Part shown: positions 63,371 through 64,000 of the stretch, one piece after another
Layout of the letters: each line of letters starts with the position of its first letter
How positions within the stretch are numbered: position 1 is the first letter of the stretch
Assembly (NCBI GenBank): GCA_043228905.1
Contig: JBHGNT010000003.1
Coordinates: forward strand, 9,362,001-9,426,000
Reading direction: 5' to 3'
Source: Azolla caroliniana
Taxonomy: Eukaryota > Plantae > Polypodiophyta
Length of the DNA: 64,000 nucleotides
Position numbers and translations under genes: made by a program
The notes under the pieces: generated by a model
What the model saw: only the letters and a program-made list of their open reading frames with translations
The model's database searches: none
What the model was told of the DNA's origin: nothing

Positions 63371-64000
63371 ACTAAAGACAGGATTAAACACAAAAAAAGT
63401 AATATAAACACACCTGCTGCTACTCCCCGATCTACGAGACATCCTTGTATGGGACTCCAAGGACTTCGCCCTATTCGATTTTGGAGAAATATGAATCGAC
63501 ACCAAAGTTCAGACAGTAGTCAAAAAGAAAAACCAAATGTTTGGGGTTTCTGTAACTAAAACATACCTGGACGATGATCGAATGGGTTCTGTGTTGTAGC
63601 TCTCAATCTGCAATGCCGATTTTCTGTTGCTACGGGAGCTACGTCTGCGTTCGTGCTCTGAGTACTCCATCTGCGTTCAAAATCAAACTTAGGCTAAACA
63701 GGAAATTGATGACATTGAAGTCGACCTTAGATGATGGTGCTATTCCCCAAGTTCCACTACGTCTGAAACGGAAGTTCAAATATTTGAGTTTTTTCATAAA
63801 TTAGTTTTTCAAATATTTGATTTTCCCACAAAAAAGACTAGCTAAAAAAATAGCTAATTAGCTATGGCCATTTTAGTAGCTAATTAGCTATAATAGTGTT
63901 TCCACTCGCATGCTTTTACCCAATACACAGACTCTTCGTCTCTCTTTCACTCATCACTCTATACAATGTTAGGTATTCATTTATATACTAAGCCCTAACT

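Larger units (their letters stand above)
58216..63442 (-). pseudogene. Multi-exon cargo gene: unknown N-terminal domain, RING-H2 finger, acidic linker, FCP1/NIF (HAD phosphatase)-like domain
   Basis: Phase-consistent exons 63442-63414, 62801-62120, 62036-61893, ~61808-61475, 59989-~59495. The last exon ~59229-58216 has an uncertain junction. RING pattern C-x2-C-x17-C-x-H-x2-H-x2-C-x10-C-x3-C. C-terminus LILELDIVL...FLEWVVQYFDLFIWS...WARENC...KRLSDFW...NTLTLD resembles FCP1-homology domains. Premature stops present. Confidence 0.7.
52900..63920. mobile_element. 11.0-kb TIR DNA transposon (Sola2-like) with cargo gene
   Basis: TIRs GGTGAAAGCATGAGAGTGGAAACA (52900-52923) and the reverse complement of GGTAAAAGCATGCGAGTGGAAACA (63897-63920), 22/24 match. 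CAATA on both sides. The empty site GAGATACAATACAC is visible in the partner LTR near 47831. Confidence 0.93.
47677..64000 (-). mobile_element. Ty1/copia element F (Tork-like) nested in E, 5' LTR split by a DNA transposon and running off the window
   Basis: 3' LTR from 47677 (TGTCGGGAACAGG), 5' LTR from 52733 resuming at 63921, PBS TGGTATTAGAGC 52719-52730. Gag MASTCGTRVEIRKFDGENFALWK 52633, integrase 50100..50687, RT 48537..49676. Confidence 0.9.

Noticed and set aside
52900-63920. CACTA, hAT, MULE or Helitron identity for the 11-kb element
   Set aside because: No CACT(A/G) termini, no 8-9 bp TSD, no Rep/helicase motifs, and the catalytic motifs differ from those families.

Overview
Repeat-dense, heterochromatin-like eukaryotic DNA, most likely from a bryophyte or other early-diverging land plant (inferred from plant-type tRNA-Pro and iMet/Trp primer-binding sites). 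No ordinary host protein gene was found. The scaffold from ~2.95 to 31.1 kb is a degenerate tandem array of tRNA-Pro genes (minus strand, ~138-bp basic unit, TGG/AGG/CGG anticodons mixed). It is invaded by Ty1/copia elements and a hAT-type MITE. From 31.4 kb on there is a deep nest of copia elements (D > E > F), an RTE/RTEX LINE fragment, and Trp-primed gag-only Ty3/gypsy-type elements with solo LTRs. All five insertions of this last LTR group have 4-bp target-site duplications centred on CG (four exact, one decayed). The last 11 kb (52900-63920) is a complete TIR DNA transposon inserted in a copia LTR, with 24-bp TIRs and a CAATA duplication. It encodes an intron-containing Sola2-like DDD transposase and a convergent multi-exon cargo gene with a RING-H2 finger and an FCP1/NIF (HAD phosphatase)-like domain. 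The large introns of both genes are filled with the palindrome TAGCTAATTAGCTA, which also sits near both TIRs. Coordinates were read by eye and may be off by a few bases.
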